From the NCBI GenBank assembly GCA_020354125.1, contig CP070643.1, positions 1,389,991 to 1,453,990 of the forward strand: a stretch of DNA of 64,000 nucleotides. Direction: 5' to 3'. This DNA comes from Betaproteobacteria bacterium. Lineage in GTDB: Bacteria; Pseudomonadota; Gammaproteobacteria; Burkholderiales; Eutrophovitaceae. Shown here piece after piece: positions 63,525 to 64,000 of the stretch. The position numbers and the translations under genes are program-made. How positions within the stretch are numbered: the stretch's first letter is position 1; every line of letters begins with the position of its first letter. A model generated the notes under the pieces. It did no database searches. It was not told the DNA's origin and saw only the letters and a list, made by a program, of their open reading frames with translations.

Positions 63525-63597
63525 CGGTTTGATAGGAACTGGCTCTGTTGAACATCGCTCTAATAAGAATCGCTTCGATCAGAGTTCGTTTGCATCT

Positions 63598-64000
63598 TCA
63601 ACGGTGCGTCCTGCGTGTCTCCGAGTACATCAGTGGCACGATGATCGCAACGACGGTCATCAGCATAATGATCGCGCTTGCCGCGCCGAGCCCGATCTGA
63701 TTGCGGTTGAAGGCGAAGGTGTACATGAAGGTCGCCGGCAAATCCGATGAGAAACCGGGCCCGCCGCCGGTCAACGCCATGACCAGGTCGAAACTCTTGA
63801 TGGCAATGTGTGAAAGAATAATCAGCGCACTGAAGAAGACGGGGCGCAGTGACGGAATGATGATGCTGGTGTAAATGCGCGTCGGTGAAGCACCATCAAC
63901 TTGCGCTGCCTTAATGATCGCGTCGTCGACGCCGCGTAAACCGGCCAGAAATAGTGCCATTACAAACCCGGTCGACTGCCAGGCACCGGCGATCACCACC
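63598..64000 (-). CDS. carbohydrate ABC transporter permease (MalF/UgpA-like), C-terminal part, runs off the right edge
   Basis: EAA loop AAQVDGASPTRIYTSIIIPSLRP. The frame stays open to the window end. Confidence 0.8.
   Translation of the reverse strand, partial: VVIAGAWQSTGFVMALFLAGLRGVDDAIIKAAQVDGASPTRIYTSIIIPSLRPVFFSALIILSHIAIKSFDLVMALTGGGPGFSSDLPATFMYTFAFNRNQIGLGAASAIIMLMTVVAIIVPLMYSETRRTHR

Overview
This window is an origin-proximal chromosomal segment of a proteobacterium. The synteny looks betaproteobacterial, but I cannot assign taxonomy from sequence alone. About 80% of it is core housekeeping:
- atpIBEFHAGDC, parAB, rsmG and mnmG, with two consensus parS sites upstream of mnmG.
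- mnmE-yidC-yidD-rnpA-rpmH, diverging from dnaA-dnaN-gyrB with no recF.
- topA-smg-dprA-LysM, diverging from def-fmt-rsmB-DUF4390-ntrY-ntrX.
- tkt, glk and a sugar ABC transporter.

The left third is more accessory:
- a DUF3179 / methyltransferase / DUF2235 / DUF2817 cluster next to a TRAP transporter
- a SorA-like sulfite dehydrogenase with a diheme cytochrome c
- msbA
- a cobalamin-riboswitch-controlled TonB receptor
- zapA followed by 6S RNA
- matB with a fused MdcD/MdcE-like protein
- a Liv-type ABC transporter with an M20 deacylase

I found no defence island, prophage, CRISPR array, rRNA or tRNA, and no convincing novel multi-gene protein system.

The signals most worth a second look are:
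1. A three-copy MITE-like element I do not recognise. It has 16-bp terminal inverted repeats, CTAG-type target duplications and hairpins kept by compensatory changes.
2. A dispersed family of about 16-bp tandem repeats, partly embedded in those elements.
3. A single in-frame TAA that splits ntrY, next to an ntrX with a degenerate AAA+ core.
4. A matB plus fused mdcDE-like pair that could be a MatA-independent malonyl-CoA decarboxylation route.
5. A DnaA-box and AT-rich candidate oriC between dnaA and dnaN.

All functional calls come from my own recognition of motifs in the supplied translations. No database search was run.
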